Assembly: GCF_023055435.1 (NCBI RefSeq)
Contig: NW_025964383.1
Location: forward strand, 46,066,001 to 46,130,000
From: Haliotis rufescens
Taxonomy: Eukaryota
Length of the DNA stretch: 64,000 nucleotides
Reading direction: 5' to 3'
This document shows, in pieces, positions 13,786 through 25,338 of the stretch. The number at the start of each line of letters is the position of its first letter. The first letter of the stretch is position 1. Under the pieces are notes generated by a model. It worked only from the letters and a program-made list of their open reading frames with translations. It was not told the DNA's origin and did not search any database. Made by a program: the position numbers and the translations under genes.

Positions 13786-13859
13786 TATATTTTATCCAGG
13801 TTACCTCATAGAGACGTCAGAGCTTGACAGTAATGTAAGGCTGTTATCTCCATGACGTC

Positions 13860-14248
13860 CGTCGTGAGACCGTCAGCCCAGAGAGCGGAAGGTCGATGGT
13901 TCGCTCCCCGGTCGCCTCACGCAAAAAGATGTTATGAGATGTGTGTTTCCCTGCCCGGCGCTCTGCATTAGGGGAGAAAACAAGGACTGGTCGGCCCGTA
14001 GTCAGTACACCGTGTCTGAGTTAGGTGTTCGTGTTAAAACTGAGACGTGTTGTCAAAGCAGGCGGACTAGTTTGTTTTTCTTGTTGTTTTTTTGTCAAAT
14101 ACCGCACTCAGCATTATTCCAGCTTAATGACGGCGGTATGTAAATAATCGAGTCTGGACCACACATCCACTGTCAACCTGTCAACCCGACCCAGTTAGTT
14201 GCCCAGGACTCCATGATCTCCGAACTAGTACAACCATAAACACGCGGA

Positions 14249-14336
<88 letters not shown>

Positions 14337-14390
14337 ATATAGTGCAATAATCATGAACGCGACGTTAAACCCTAATTTCACCTCACCTCG
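13860..14390 (+). mobile_element. tRNA-headed Meta/MESC-like SINE with (CA)n (14252-14333) and a nested SINE fragment
   Basis: B-box-like ggttcgctccc, core cctgcccggcgctctgcattagggg..gactggtcggc, tail atcatgaacgcgacgttaaaccc. Confidence 0.65.
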
Positions 14391-14475
14391 CGGTTCAACC
14401 TTCAATGTTGTAGATGAATTGCGTTAAACACTGCGCCAAAACACAACCTTCTCTTCGACCATTGTTTTAGGATAT

Positions 14476-14485
14476 GGAAATCCCC
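14476..14485 (-). promoter_or_regulatory. NF-kB-type site GGGGATTTCC
   Basis: plus strand ggaaatcccc matches GGGRNWYYCC on the minus strand; function inferred only. Confidence 0.3.
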
Positions 14486-15054
14486 ACGAAACAAATCAGT
14501 TCTGCTGACTCTCTGATATACCGATGAACAGCCAAAGGGGATGGGGTAGGTTATATAACATACACGTAGTGTACCATGTGTCTCCCGCTACTCACACAGC
14601 CTCAGTCCTGGAGTGTGACACACTGACACCCGCGCCACAGTCGGGTTGCATTTCGCCGGATATCACCATGATTCGGATTCTGTGAAGAATGTGTACCATG
14701 TGAGAACAGACCTCGGTTTATCCGGTGAACAGGGTTGCGCTGTACGCCTGACTCCGCAACTGAGCTGCTAGGGTGCTACTATCACTGACAGCTGGATACG
14801 CCCCTAGCTGAACGATTCCTGGACGCACCCAGTCAATCTGCAGCCGTTACGTGTCAATATTACCGGGATCAGCAGATGTCCGGGGACATCCTGCCATCTC
14901 CAAACTGGATGTTCGAGGTGGATTACCAACGTGGTACCACATAGACAGGTAACATTACAAACTTTTATGAAACACATGTGTCCTAACACTTGCATTCAAA
15001 TTGTTTACAAAAGTAATCGGTTTAGTCATTTGAACAAAATTGTGTACTTTATGC

Positions 15055-15320
15055 TTTGTTTGTTTGTTGTTTACCGCCGCACTCAGCATTATTCCAGCTA
15101 TACGGCGGCGGTCTGTAAATAATCGAGTCTGGACCAGACAGTCCAGTGATTGACATCATGAGCATCGATCCACGTAATTGGGATACGATGACATGCATCA
15201 ACCAAGTCAGCTAACCTGACCACCCCATCCCATTAGTCGCCTTTTACGACAAGCATAATCACCTTTTACGGCAAGCATGGGTTGCTGAAGACCTATTCTA
15301 CCCCGGAACTTAACGGGTCG
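15055..15320 (-). mobile_element. SINE-like interspersed repeat with (AAAC)n tail
   Basis: reverse complement of the 38070-38315 / 42420-42652 family. Confidence 0.8.
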
Positions 15321-16164
15321 TAAGTTATGTATTTGCATAGATACATACATGTACCATCAATTGCATACGCGTTTCATATAATATAATATTTAAGGTCTAG
15401 ATCCTGACATGTAAATGCTAATCATTTATCATATGTCAACTGCGTCGTTTAAATGTGGTTGTTTAACGCAACACTAAGTAATATGCCAGCTATATCCATC
15501 GGTGTGTTAATAGTCGAGCTTTTATACTCCAGTGATGTTACGAGCCACGTCACACGCCGATGGGGTACGATGAAGCTCAAGCAACCATATTGCCTGCTGT
15601 CTGATCTACTGGACAACATGGGTGTAGAAAGGGAGTCAATCAGTCTTATGAATCAAATGAAACACATATACCAACTCAGTCGGCGAATACTGACCTACTG
15701 TGTGTAGATATAGGTAGAATAGATGAGCAGTTGTGACACGATTTATCTATGCATTAAGTCGACTGTACGATTCCGATTATGTCATGATCATGTGTTTATG
15801 AATCACTATCAAAAAGTGATGACACCAGCTGTATAACTCAACTTTAGCTAAAACTAAGCTATAGCTAAACGCTGTAACGGTCGTTTCATTTGTTTTACAG
15901 GTATCTCCAAAGGATCGTGTTATTGTCTCACAGTTCAGTGATGTAAGTTTTCTGATGATAAATGTTGTCTGATAGTATGAAAGCAAACTGATTAAAACCA
16001 ACCGTCATTGATCTCTGATTTGGACCATTCTATCATCATTTCCGATATTAGCAAAGAGTTTACGTATATTTTGTTATTTTGTCATGGTAGAATGACAATG
16101 AACCAACCGACATTGTTATCGAATCTATGCTGGAAACATCTAAATTCAAAGCAGGTTTATTTTG

Positions 16165-16467
16165 TAACAAATGTTATATTTGGGATAACACTTTCTGAGT
16201 AACATACAGATTCTCGCACTTCTTTGGGTGGAGTCCCGTCCGGGATTCGAACCCACACTGCCAGAGTGAAGCACCTAATCGGCAGTGGAAGCCTCGGTGG
16301 CTGGGTGGGTTAGATCACTGACTTTGTGTGTTGGCGATTAGATGCCTCAATCCCCGAGGGGACTAAACCCCCAAAAGTACGAGAATCTGTACTTTACTCA
16401 GAAAGTGTTATCCCAAATATAACATTTGTTACATTTGACCACTTTCTAAATGGCATTGTGTCTTCAT
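16165..16467. mobile_element. ~300-bp insertion with ~55-bp inverted repeats and a tRNA-like interior, flanked by a 12-bp target-site duplication
   Basis: aggtttattttg at 16153-16164 and 16468-16479; empty site in copy 3 (~25218); taacaaatgttatatttgggataacactttctgagt and its reverse complement; related copy near 54050-54255. Confidence 0.8.
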
Positions 16468-16594
16468 AGGTTTATTTTGACAATATATTTCAGTTGATCT
16501 TCACACTCAGACTGTTCACTGCCGCAATCGTCTATTTTCTCCTAGATACGCCCTCAAGCATCAAGTGACGTTAAACATTTAATCTTACAGCACC

Positions 16595-17774
16595 ATGGAC
16601 AGAGGCTCCGTCCAGAAGCTAGTTGCTGATATACTGCGATGCATTCAGGACGAGGAACGGAAGAAGCAGGAGGTGATGGACGCTCTGAAGCACCTAGCAG
16701 ATGAACTGGATGTCAAGCAGCGAGACATGAACATCGCCAAGACTGCCTTCGCATCAGGTGGGATCGCAGCTACAGGCTTAACTGTCGCAGGAATAGCAGC
16801 AGCCCCCTTCACCTTTGGAGCATCCCTAGGGATGACCGCAGCGGGCGTTGCTCTTGGTGTGTCCAGTGGTCTTGGTGGACTGGCGACAACCATTGCTGAC
16901 AAGATCATCAACAGCAAAACGATGACAGAAGCTCAAGCCAAGATTGATGACTATCAGAAAACTGTTACAGACTTGGCCAGCCTCCTTGAGAGTGTGAATT
17001 CCAATAACAGCCATGAACTTCGCAATAGGATCACTGAAGTAATCTTTTAAATATTTGGTTGTTTTTCTGTTAGTTTGTAATCTTTCGTTTTAGTTATCGA
17101 CTTAGTATTTTAACCTCCCTTCAGCGACTTAATCGCGTGTCTGTTAGAGCAGCAAAGTTATAATTTCAGAATTGAGATGACAACGTAGAACATACAGGGA
17201 TCAAACTGTGAAGATTTATGAAGGAGTTTAATGTAACCTCTTGGATAAATGGGAATGTATATATATCATACATAACTTGATCAGAAGTCGGTAAAAAGAG
17301 CAACATACTTTCAACTACAGGAAATCGACAGCCTGGGGGAAAGTGAGAGTCAGGTGACCCTGGAACTGATCCTCAGTGGGCTGAAGACAGCAGCAGAGGC
17401 GGGCGGATCTGCTGCCAGGACAACAGCTGTTGCAGGGGCAGTCGCAGCTCGGGCCACGTTGGCAGTGGGGAAGACGATGATGGACGTGATGGAGACGGGG
17501 GCCAAAGCCATGAAGGTCGGGGGAGTTGTGCTGTCGGTGTTGACTGTGCCACTGGATCTGCACACTATGATCTCCAACAGCATAAAGATCCACAAGAACA
17601 CGCCATCTGAAACTGCAGTGGAGATCCGAAATATGGCAATACATTTGGGGAAAATGAATGGTTTGTGCTTTCTCATTGTCACTGCCTGCTGTTATTTTAA
17701 ATGTCTGCTTTACGTCAAAACAAAGATGCAAGTTCACTTGCATAGAATCAGTGATAACCTGCAAGATAAATTGA
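16595..17774 (+). CDS. cassette gene A copy 2: apolipoprotein L-like; exons 16595-17038, 17321-17660, 17746-17774
   Basis: APOL signature; acceptor cttacag just before caccATG; donors gaa|gtaatc and aatg|gtttgt; acceptors ctacag|gaa and gcatag|aa. Confidence 0.9.
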
Positions 17775-18461
17775 ATTTAGAATAGAGCCTAGTAATTGAC
17801 TAGTGGAGTTAATGTCACAGTTATTGTCCTTCCCCTATCCAGCTGTATAGCATTGGTCACTTCAAGTACATGTAGTAACTGTAAGTGTGTTGAAATACTT
17901 TCAAATTGGTTTATTGTTGTCTGTTAGGACTTATGACTTGACTATTGAATTTGACTTACTTGACTTTTGAAAAGGGGCCCTCTTGAAGTGGTTTAGTGAA
18001 AACGATTTCTGTATGCACGTGAGTTGCGAGTTTATTGGGAAATTATCTAGATATACTAGGACACAAACTATCTTGTTTTGACAAAACAAAATGCATCTTC
18101 TTACAAACAGAAGGACACAGACGTTAATCGTAATATTGATTTGAGTTGTGTGATGTGAATCAGCACTATTGTTTAGATTATTAATTCCACCATCTTCTTT
18201 TATACGGATCGTACATCGTATGTTAGCCAATCCGAAACGAACACTCATAGGACAAAACACATTGCCCTCGATTCATCTAACAGCAAGTTAGCATGTGGTG
18301 ACTTTACTGGCCGTAAAGTCGTGATGTATGGGCAGGTTAACCGACACCATGTCATGTTGATATTGAGCCTAAACCGTATATTGGTAACTTTTCAAGGTAA
18401 TTTCTTGTTGGTAATGGTATTTTCAAATGGTAAATAATTAGTTGTTTATTTCTTTCCTCAG

Positions 18462-19270
18462 CTGAAATTCGACGAGAACGCCTGATACAGATAGTAGACA
18501 AAGTACCCACTGATGTAACTGAACTCGCCAAGAAGTATGATACATGCAACTACCTTCCTACATTGCTCAAGCTGTTCTGTATCTGTGTGCAAGTCTCCGC
18601 CATTGTGTTCGTTATACTTGTTCGACTGATGTGTGTTTTTATGGATGTTTGGTTTTCAACTTCTGCCTTCTTGAAGTCATGTGCAACAACTGTAGTTGTG
18701 TGTGGACTAGTTAATCTTGTGTTAGAAATGTACTTGATTATTTCAAATAATTCCATTTGGGATGATGTGGAGTCGAAACTTGACAAATTTGTAAATGCAA
18801 TCACGTTTGTCACCCGCATGGATGACGATGATGATTTCCGAGTTGAAGTGCGTTCATTACATTGTACAATTCAACGCAAGATCCATGCTGGGGAGTATAT
18901 GAAATGTATCAACGGTGAGTTTATATTGATTGCAGTAACATTGATCCTCGATGTCTGCCTTTTTCTGCATTGCAGACAAGGAGAGGCTACGGAAACCCCA
19001 GTCTTGAATTTCAAGACATCCGAAGACGCTGCCAAATCTCTGGCAGTCTACACCAATAACCATCATATGGTTGGACTCGGTGGACTGATGTTTGCCGTTC
19101 TCTCTTTACCAATATCACTGTTTCTCCTGCAATCCTTGAGTTCAACAGTTCGTGGCCTTAAGAAATCAAAAGTAGCTGAGGCTATGGAGGATCTTGGGGA
19201 GGATTTCAGACATCGCTTTCACAAACTTCTCGTTCAAGCTGATTATAATTCGACTCCAGCTGAAACATAG
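18462..19270 (+). CDS. cassette gene B copy 2: diverged APOL-like membrane protein (terminal exon)
   Basis: acceptor tttcctcag|ctgaa, open to TAG at 19270; paralogous to 9350-10152 and 27202-28160. Confidence 0.75.
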
Positions 19271-19839
19271 ATACCGAGGCTATATTAAAAACGGAAATAC
19301 TGACCAGCGTGAAATGCATTGTCAATGCATTAAAACAGCATATGTTTTATACCAATTAGCTAGTCGGAGAGGGGGGATCGGAATGGCCGAAATCGTCCCA
19401 TATGCACCATGCTTGCCTAAAGACATCAAATCGAGTGTCACTAATTATATGGCTAGATCACATTGTCAGACTCTACACAGTGAGACGCTGTTTGTCCAGA
19501 CAAACTTTCAGGTGAAAACGACTGAATTAACAAATGACCGGATAAACAAATCATGAGTACATTGTAACTGTATTAGGACGTCCCCACCAGGAATCAGGCT
19601 GATTACGATGTGTCCAGACTGTTTCACTGTGTAGTGTAATCCACAGCCCTGAATGTTCATCCTACTTCAATCATGTTCTCCTTATTTGTTCATGTTTATC
19701 CTACAATTGGCAATTGACTCTGCTATTTGTAGATATTTCTTATTATTATTAAATGGGTTAAATCGCATTTATTTAGAAATATTAAACTGTAATAACCTCA
19801 TGTCTTATTACTTTCAGTATCCATATACATACTATATCG

Positions 19840-20262
19840 ACCGCCTCTGTAGTCTGGTAATGGAGCGTGCGGCCAGAGGGCGGAAGGTTCGGGGTTCGAT
19901 TACTCAAAGACGTTAAAAGTTGGTACTTGTTGCATTGTTACCCTGCTTGGCGCTTGGCATTGAGGGGCTAAAAGAAGTACTGGTTGGCTCGGAGTTAATG
20001 GGCTGTTCATGTTAAACTGCGGTATGGTGTCTCGTTGGGCAAGAACTAAAGAATTTGTATACGTNNNNNNNNNNNNNNNNNNNNNNNNNNNNNNNNNNNN
20101 NNNNNNNNNNNNNNNNNNNNNNNNNNNNNNNNNNNNNNNNNNNNNNNNNNNNNNNNNNNNNNNNNNNNNNNNNNNNNNNNNNNNNNNNNNNNNNNNNNNN
20201 NNNNNNNNNNNNNNGAGTGCACTAATCATGAACGTAACGTTAAACCCAATTTCCACCCCCCT
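19840..20262 (+). mobile_element. Meta/MESC-like SINE interrupted by an assembly gap
   Basis: paralogue of 8425-8815. Confidence 0.75.
20065..20214. other. assembly gap (N run), probably a (CA)n microsatellite
   Basis: the paralogous position in the left arm is (GT)n 8491-8569. Confidence 0.9.
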
Positions 20263-20925
20263 CACCAACATACTATGTCACGGAGACTGTGTCGATACTA
20301 AGGAAGATGGGGTCAAGAGTATGTATTGTCCATCGGTGTTATCGCCGTGCTTCAACATTATAGCAGTTCCCAGTGTGTCGGCTTGTGGCTGAGAGTCGCA
20401 CAGGCCAAACTGCTGTGACGACTCGATGCTCACTCATACGGTGTTGACACACCAAAGATCATATTCTGAGATTCGACCTAACGACCACCATATCCTGGCA
20501 CAGCTAACGGACGAAACGCAGTGAGACGCCATATCAATCGGGCCACCTCCGCGGTAACTGCTTCTGTTAACTTTGCATTTAAATTCTGCCAGAGGTTAAA
20601 TGTTACATTTTCGATATCTCTAAACTGCATTTCAGAAATAGTCAGGTGAGCTACAGGACATTGTGGCCCACGTTTCCTGACTTACACTGTGCTTAGCATG
20701 ACTAACACATCAAACACAACTGACAAACACAGGAAATGGGCATTTAGATCATGTTGACATACACAGGGTAATAGAAACTAGAACAGATGTTCGTGGTGAA
20801 ATAATAATGGGTTATGATGAACACTGAAAAATAGCATACAGCAGTCGGATATCTCATAAAATTTACCTTTTTATAAAATCTTTGTCCAAAAATATTACAG
20901 CCTCTTATCTTTGGAGCATACTGAA

Positions 20926-21078
20926 GCGGTGGGGCAGCCTAGTGCTTAAAGCGTTCGCTTGTCATGCCGAAGACCTGGGTTCGATTCTCTACATGGGTAC
21001 AATTTATTGTATCCCCTCAATGATATTCCGGGAATATTGCTAAAAGCAGCCAAAATCCATACTCACTCACTGACTCAC
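20926..21078 (+). mobile_element. tRNA-derived SINE with (CTCA)n tail
   Basis: A box tagtgcttaaagc, B box ggttcgattc; same family as 36494-36661. Confidence 0.85.
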
Positions 21079-21145
21079 TTGTAGCTTACGTTACATACGT
21101 GTAGGTTTTAAAGACAATCGCACATGTATATACAAAACGTATATG

Positions 21146-21596
21146 CGTTGTGTAAAATTATTTTCCCCCTGACAGGGGCACATGAGTCCATCTATATTGA
21201 AGTAATTAATATCAACTAGTGTTTTAATTCCTTGACTGTGTTTTGATTATTAATATTGGTTAATATTTCGTACAAACACTCGTGACCAAAGTGATGGCAT
21301 AAATCCTGGTGGGAATCATGCAGGAAGCAAAAGCACTGTACGTCCCCATGATCCCCAGTTTGGTTGTCTAGCTTTGGTTATTAGTTGTCTATAGCCATGT
21401 TTTAATTGATAAGACTTAATCTATGTATACCTATATGGTTTTTAAAAATTATGATCTGGTTTGTTTTATTTAAAACTATCTTACTATTTTACTGTCCTTT
21501 GTTGACAGATATTTTACAACTAATACCTTGTTCCCATCGCTATTTGGCTGAAATATTGCCGATGCGATGTACAATTTAACTCACTCATTCACTCAC
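21146..21596 (+). mobile_element. 5'-truncated LINE 3' end with (CTCA)n tail and tatatg target-site duplication
   Basis: absent from the left arm (~7670); ends ggctgaaatattgccgatgcgatgt..aactcactcattcactcac like the LINE at 62861; tatatg at 21140-21145 and 21597-21602. Confidence 0.8.
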
Positions 21597-21904
21597 TATA
21601 TGTGAGTTACAAGAGTGTAGTGCATCACATTTGGTGACACAAATTCCACAACGACGCTATGAAAGTGTAGTGTTACATAACACACAACAACCAATGCTGA
21701 GAACGTGAAAGTACTTCTTTCATTGCTGCATGTGAATGCAATCCACGTGAATGCTTTGTATAAATCCACTGTGGCCAACCCGCCATCTAGTGAAATATAA
21801 CGGAGAAATTACAAAGCGTGTATCGAGAACGGGATCTAAAGAACAAAGGACACACAGGGAGCAACTGGGGCAACAAAAAGGCGCAATCGATTGTACCTGC
21901 TACA

Positions 21905-22376
21905 TTCAATTCTTCATTGTATGAAAGGCCATAGGCCCATATACAACGGAGTTACATAACATATTTTATAAGATACAAAGTCAAGGTATCAATTCACTTC
22001 GTAACAAAAACGCATGATGTATGTACAAAGCCAGCTGATTTTGTGTTAGAAGATCCTTGCAGGACAGTAATGAAGACAATGTTATAGCATTAAAATGAGT
22101 TAATGACCACTGCGGTAAGTACTTGTTTCTTAGATTTTCTTAAAAAGGGCAAATAAACATAAAATGGAATTCATCTTCGACAACACTGTCACAGAATGGG
22201 CATAACCTTAGGGATTTCTCAATAGACGAAAATCTCCCTGTGTTAATTTTTTGATCATTCAGGCCAAGTCTAAAACGAATAATGATGCTACGAAAATGCC
22301 TGTACCATAAGTGTGATAAGTAAGATTCTGGTTTAAGCAATGACTTGAACTGGCGATAAGTACCACATCTTGAAAT
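21905..22376 (-). mobile_element. 3' part of the CR1/RTE-X-like LINE (duplicated copy of 6841-7330)
   Basis: FRLGLND..INTGRF..LCPFCDSVVEDEFHFMFICP. Confidence 0.9.
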
Positions 22377-22380
22377 TTGG

Positions 22381-22742
22381 TTGGTCGGTAGAAGGTTTGT
22401 TTACACAGTTTGATTGCCTGTGCTCAACTCATTAGGCGAGCTAGTTTAGCGATAAATAAAAAGTTCAATTATGTAGGGTTCTGGAAATGCTCATAAAAAC
22501 GAAAGTTCATGTTTTATATAAAAGTCTGTGATGCCCATCGGCTTTAAATGTATAACTGATGGGTCTATCTTTGGCGTGGGCTTTCCCAGATTGCACCACA
22601 GCCTGTAATGTACGACGCTGGTGAGCTATTGTTAGCGTGACGTCAGCGTTGCACATCCGTGCCTGGGGTAGAATCGGACTTTCTTTATCATCACTCAAGA
22701 TATCGATGCACAGCTGACAGAGATAAGGTGGGTTACTCAACA
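22381..22742. repeat. ~360-bp direct repeat, copy 1
   Basis: near-identical to 24520-24880 (a few substitutions). Confidence 0.9.
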
Positions 22743-24201
22743 TACACTTTGTTAAATATGTGTCGCCTGATACACATCAAGCCTCAGTTATGGAGAGGAC
22801 TCACCGACACAAGCACCACACTCTGGTTTTATTTGGTCAGATATCAGCATGATTCGGATTCACACACACACACACATGTGGCCAAGTCATGTTTTAAGTA
22901 TTTGTACATATAAGTTAAATATTTTAGATGTTTCATTTTAGCTTTAAACTTTACATACAGTACCCTAAAAACAAACCTTTAGAGTTATACAAGCCCTCAA
23001 TACAATAAGCCTATCCCTGCACCCTGCATTTAACAATAGCCACCTCACTGGGTCAGGCCAGGTTCTGACCCATGCGTATGCACACTGCACAAGTTTCTTT
23101 TGTCTGTCTGCTTTAGTGTCTCTGGTCAGCTTACTATCTATTGTGTATGTAGTTTTAAAGGTTTCTGTCTGGCATATCCTGTTGGCAGTTGTACACATTT
23201 TTTCAAGGAGGTCACTTGGATTGATATTTGATCGTTTTCCTTAATATCAGCCCCTTGCTGATTGTGGATGTGGAATATTGGGCATTTATGGAACCCGATA
23301 TTTGTGTATTGAGGATTTCATTATCCAGGTTAGTTTATGTGTAGTATTTCATATACTGTATATATGGTCTTGTACATATTGTATTTCTTAAGAGGTGTTA
23401 GATTAATGCATCAGTGTATAATTAAACTTAGCTGGTAGCTAAAGTAAAGTAGGTATTTCAACTATCATTACAGTTGGTTGTATGTAGAATTTATTTTATT
23501 GCAATCTAAAATGTATCATATTGCATCTTTACAGTATGTTATCTTCTTAAATACTGAATTACTAGTATACACTTTACTAAACTAAATTATTATTTAAACA
23601 TGTTCTAAAACCTATAACTGTCTGAACGTGGTATGAAATAAGAACGTATGTATGGGAGGTCGGTTGTTTTTATATCTTATTTTATATGGCCATTATTAGT
23701 ATTGTCAAGGTTGTATTTCAACTTGTTATAGAATGATGTGACGGTAAACAACTTTGAACGTTGCTGCGAACCACTGAGTTAAGCTCATTGCCACACAGTG
23801 GTAAGTTGGGAACATAATTATATATATGGTTCAAACTAATAACTAGTATATTGTTATCCTTCTAAATTAATGTTTTGTGTGAATGTAATGTATTCACAAA
23901 GTATTTACAAATGGCAATTTTATATAGTTATTCAGAAATAGTTTAGATCCTGCTATTTATATTTAAGAATTTATTCATGCTAGTGCTAATGTGCTAGCTG
24001 ATAAGATGAAGGCATGTAATTGTATTTAATCTCCATGAAGGCAATATTATTATGTTCTTCTACAAAAATACTTATGATGTTTGCTTTATATTTTATATTT
24101 TCAGGGTTTACTATGATTATTATTATCTGCACTCTGAATAAAGATGGTTGTCATGTGAACTGACGAGTAGCGTTGTGTTGTGTGTGTCCCACCAACATCC
24201 A

Positions 24202-24398
24202 NNNNNNNNNNNNNNNNNNNNNNNNNNNNNNNNNNNNNNNNNNNNNNNNNNNNNNNNNNNNNNNNNNNNNNNNNNNNNNNNNNNNNNNNNNNNNNNNNNN
24301 NNNNNNNNNNNNNNNNNNNNNNNNNNNNNNNNNNNNNNNNNNNNNNNNNNNNNNNNNNNNNNNNNNNNNNNNNNNNNNNNNNNNNNNNNNNNNNNNNN
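24202..24398. other. assembly gap (N run) followed by a SINE tail
   Basis: N run; followed by aataatcatgaacgcgacgttaaacccc. Confidence 0.95.
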
Positions 24399-24519
24399 GC
24401 TCTAAAGTACAATAATCATGAACGCGACGTTAAACCCCAATTTCTCCTCAGGTTCATAATCAACCTAAGTTAATAAACTCCAAGCCTGTCTTGACCACAC
24501 TATTTATACATTTTGAAGA

Positions 24520-24880
24520 TTGGTCGGTAGAAGGTTTGTTTACACAGATTGATTGCCTGTGCTCAACTCATTAGGCGAGCTAGTTTAGCTATAAATAAAA
24601 AGTTCAATTATTTAGGGTTCTGGAAATGGCCATAAAAACGAAAGTTCATGTTTTATATAAAAGTCTGTGATGCCCATCGGCTTTAAATGTATAACTGATT
24701 GGTCTATCTTTAGCGTGGGCTTTCCCAGATTGCACCACAGCCTGTAATGTACGACGCTGGTGAGCTATTGTTAGCGTGACGTCAGCGTTGCACATCCGTG
24801 CCTGGGGTAGAATCGGACTTTCTTTATCATCACTCAAGATATCGATGCACAGCTGACAGAGATAAGGTGGGTTACTCAAC
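24520..24880. repeat. ~360-bp direct repeat, copy 2
   Basis: near-identical to 22381-22742. Confidence 0.9.
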
Positions 24881-25338
24881 ACTCACTATCAAATAGTGAT
24901 TATACCTATAACTACGTTATAGCTAAACGTTGAAACGGTCGTTTCATTTGGTATCTGCAAATGCTTATGCAATTGTCTCGCAGTGCAGTGTTGTAAGTGT
25001 AAGTGTAAGCAGGTCATGATAGAAGTTGTCCGATAGTATGAAAGCAAACTTTTACCGATTATAACCAACCATGATTGATCTCTGATTTGGACAATTCCCC
25101 CATCATGTTCGATATTAGCCAAGGGGTCGCGTATATTTTGTTATTTTGTCATGGTAGAATGACAATAAACTAAACGGCATTGTTATAGAATCTACGCTGG
25201 AAACATCTAATTCAAAGCAGGTGTATCTTGACAACATATTTCACACTCAGAATATTCACTGCCGCATGGTACGAAACGTTTTCTGCTAGATATGCCCTAA
25301 AGCGTCAACTCACTTTCAACATCTAATCTTACAGCACC

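Larger units (their letters stand above)
16235..22376 (+). repeat. right arm of large inverted segmental duplication
   Basis: see left arm; carries an extra LINE-tail insertion and a full-length SINE. Confidence 0.95.

Noticed and set aside
19900-20392. ORFs spanning N runs (also 24101-24473 and 50231-50582)
   Set aside because: created by assembly gaps
22507-24882. two identical 78-aa ORFs / intact LTR retrotransposon
   Set aside because: non-ATG ORFs inside a 360-bp repeat; no gag/pol, PPT or TSD seen
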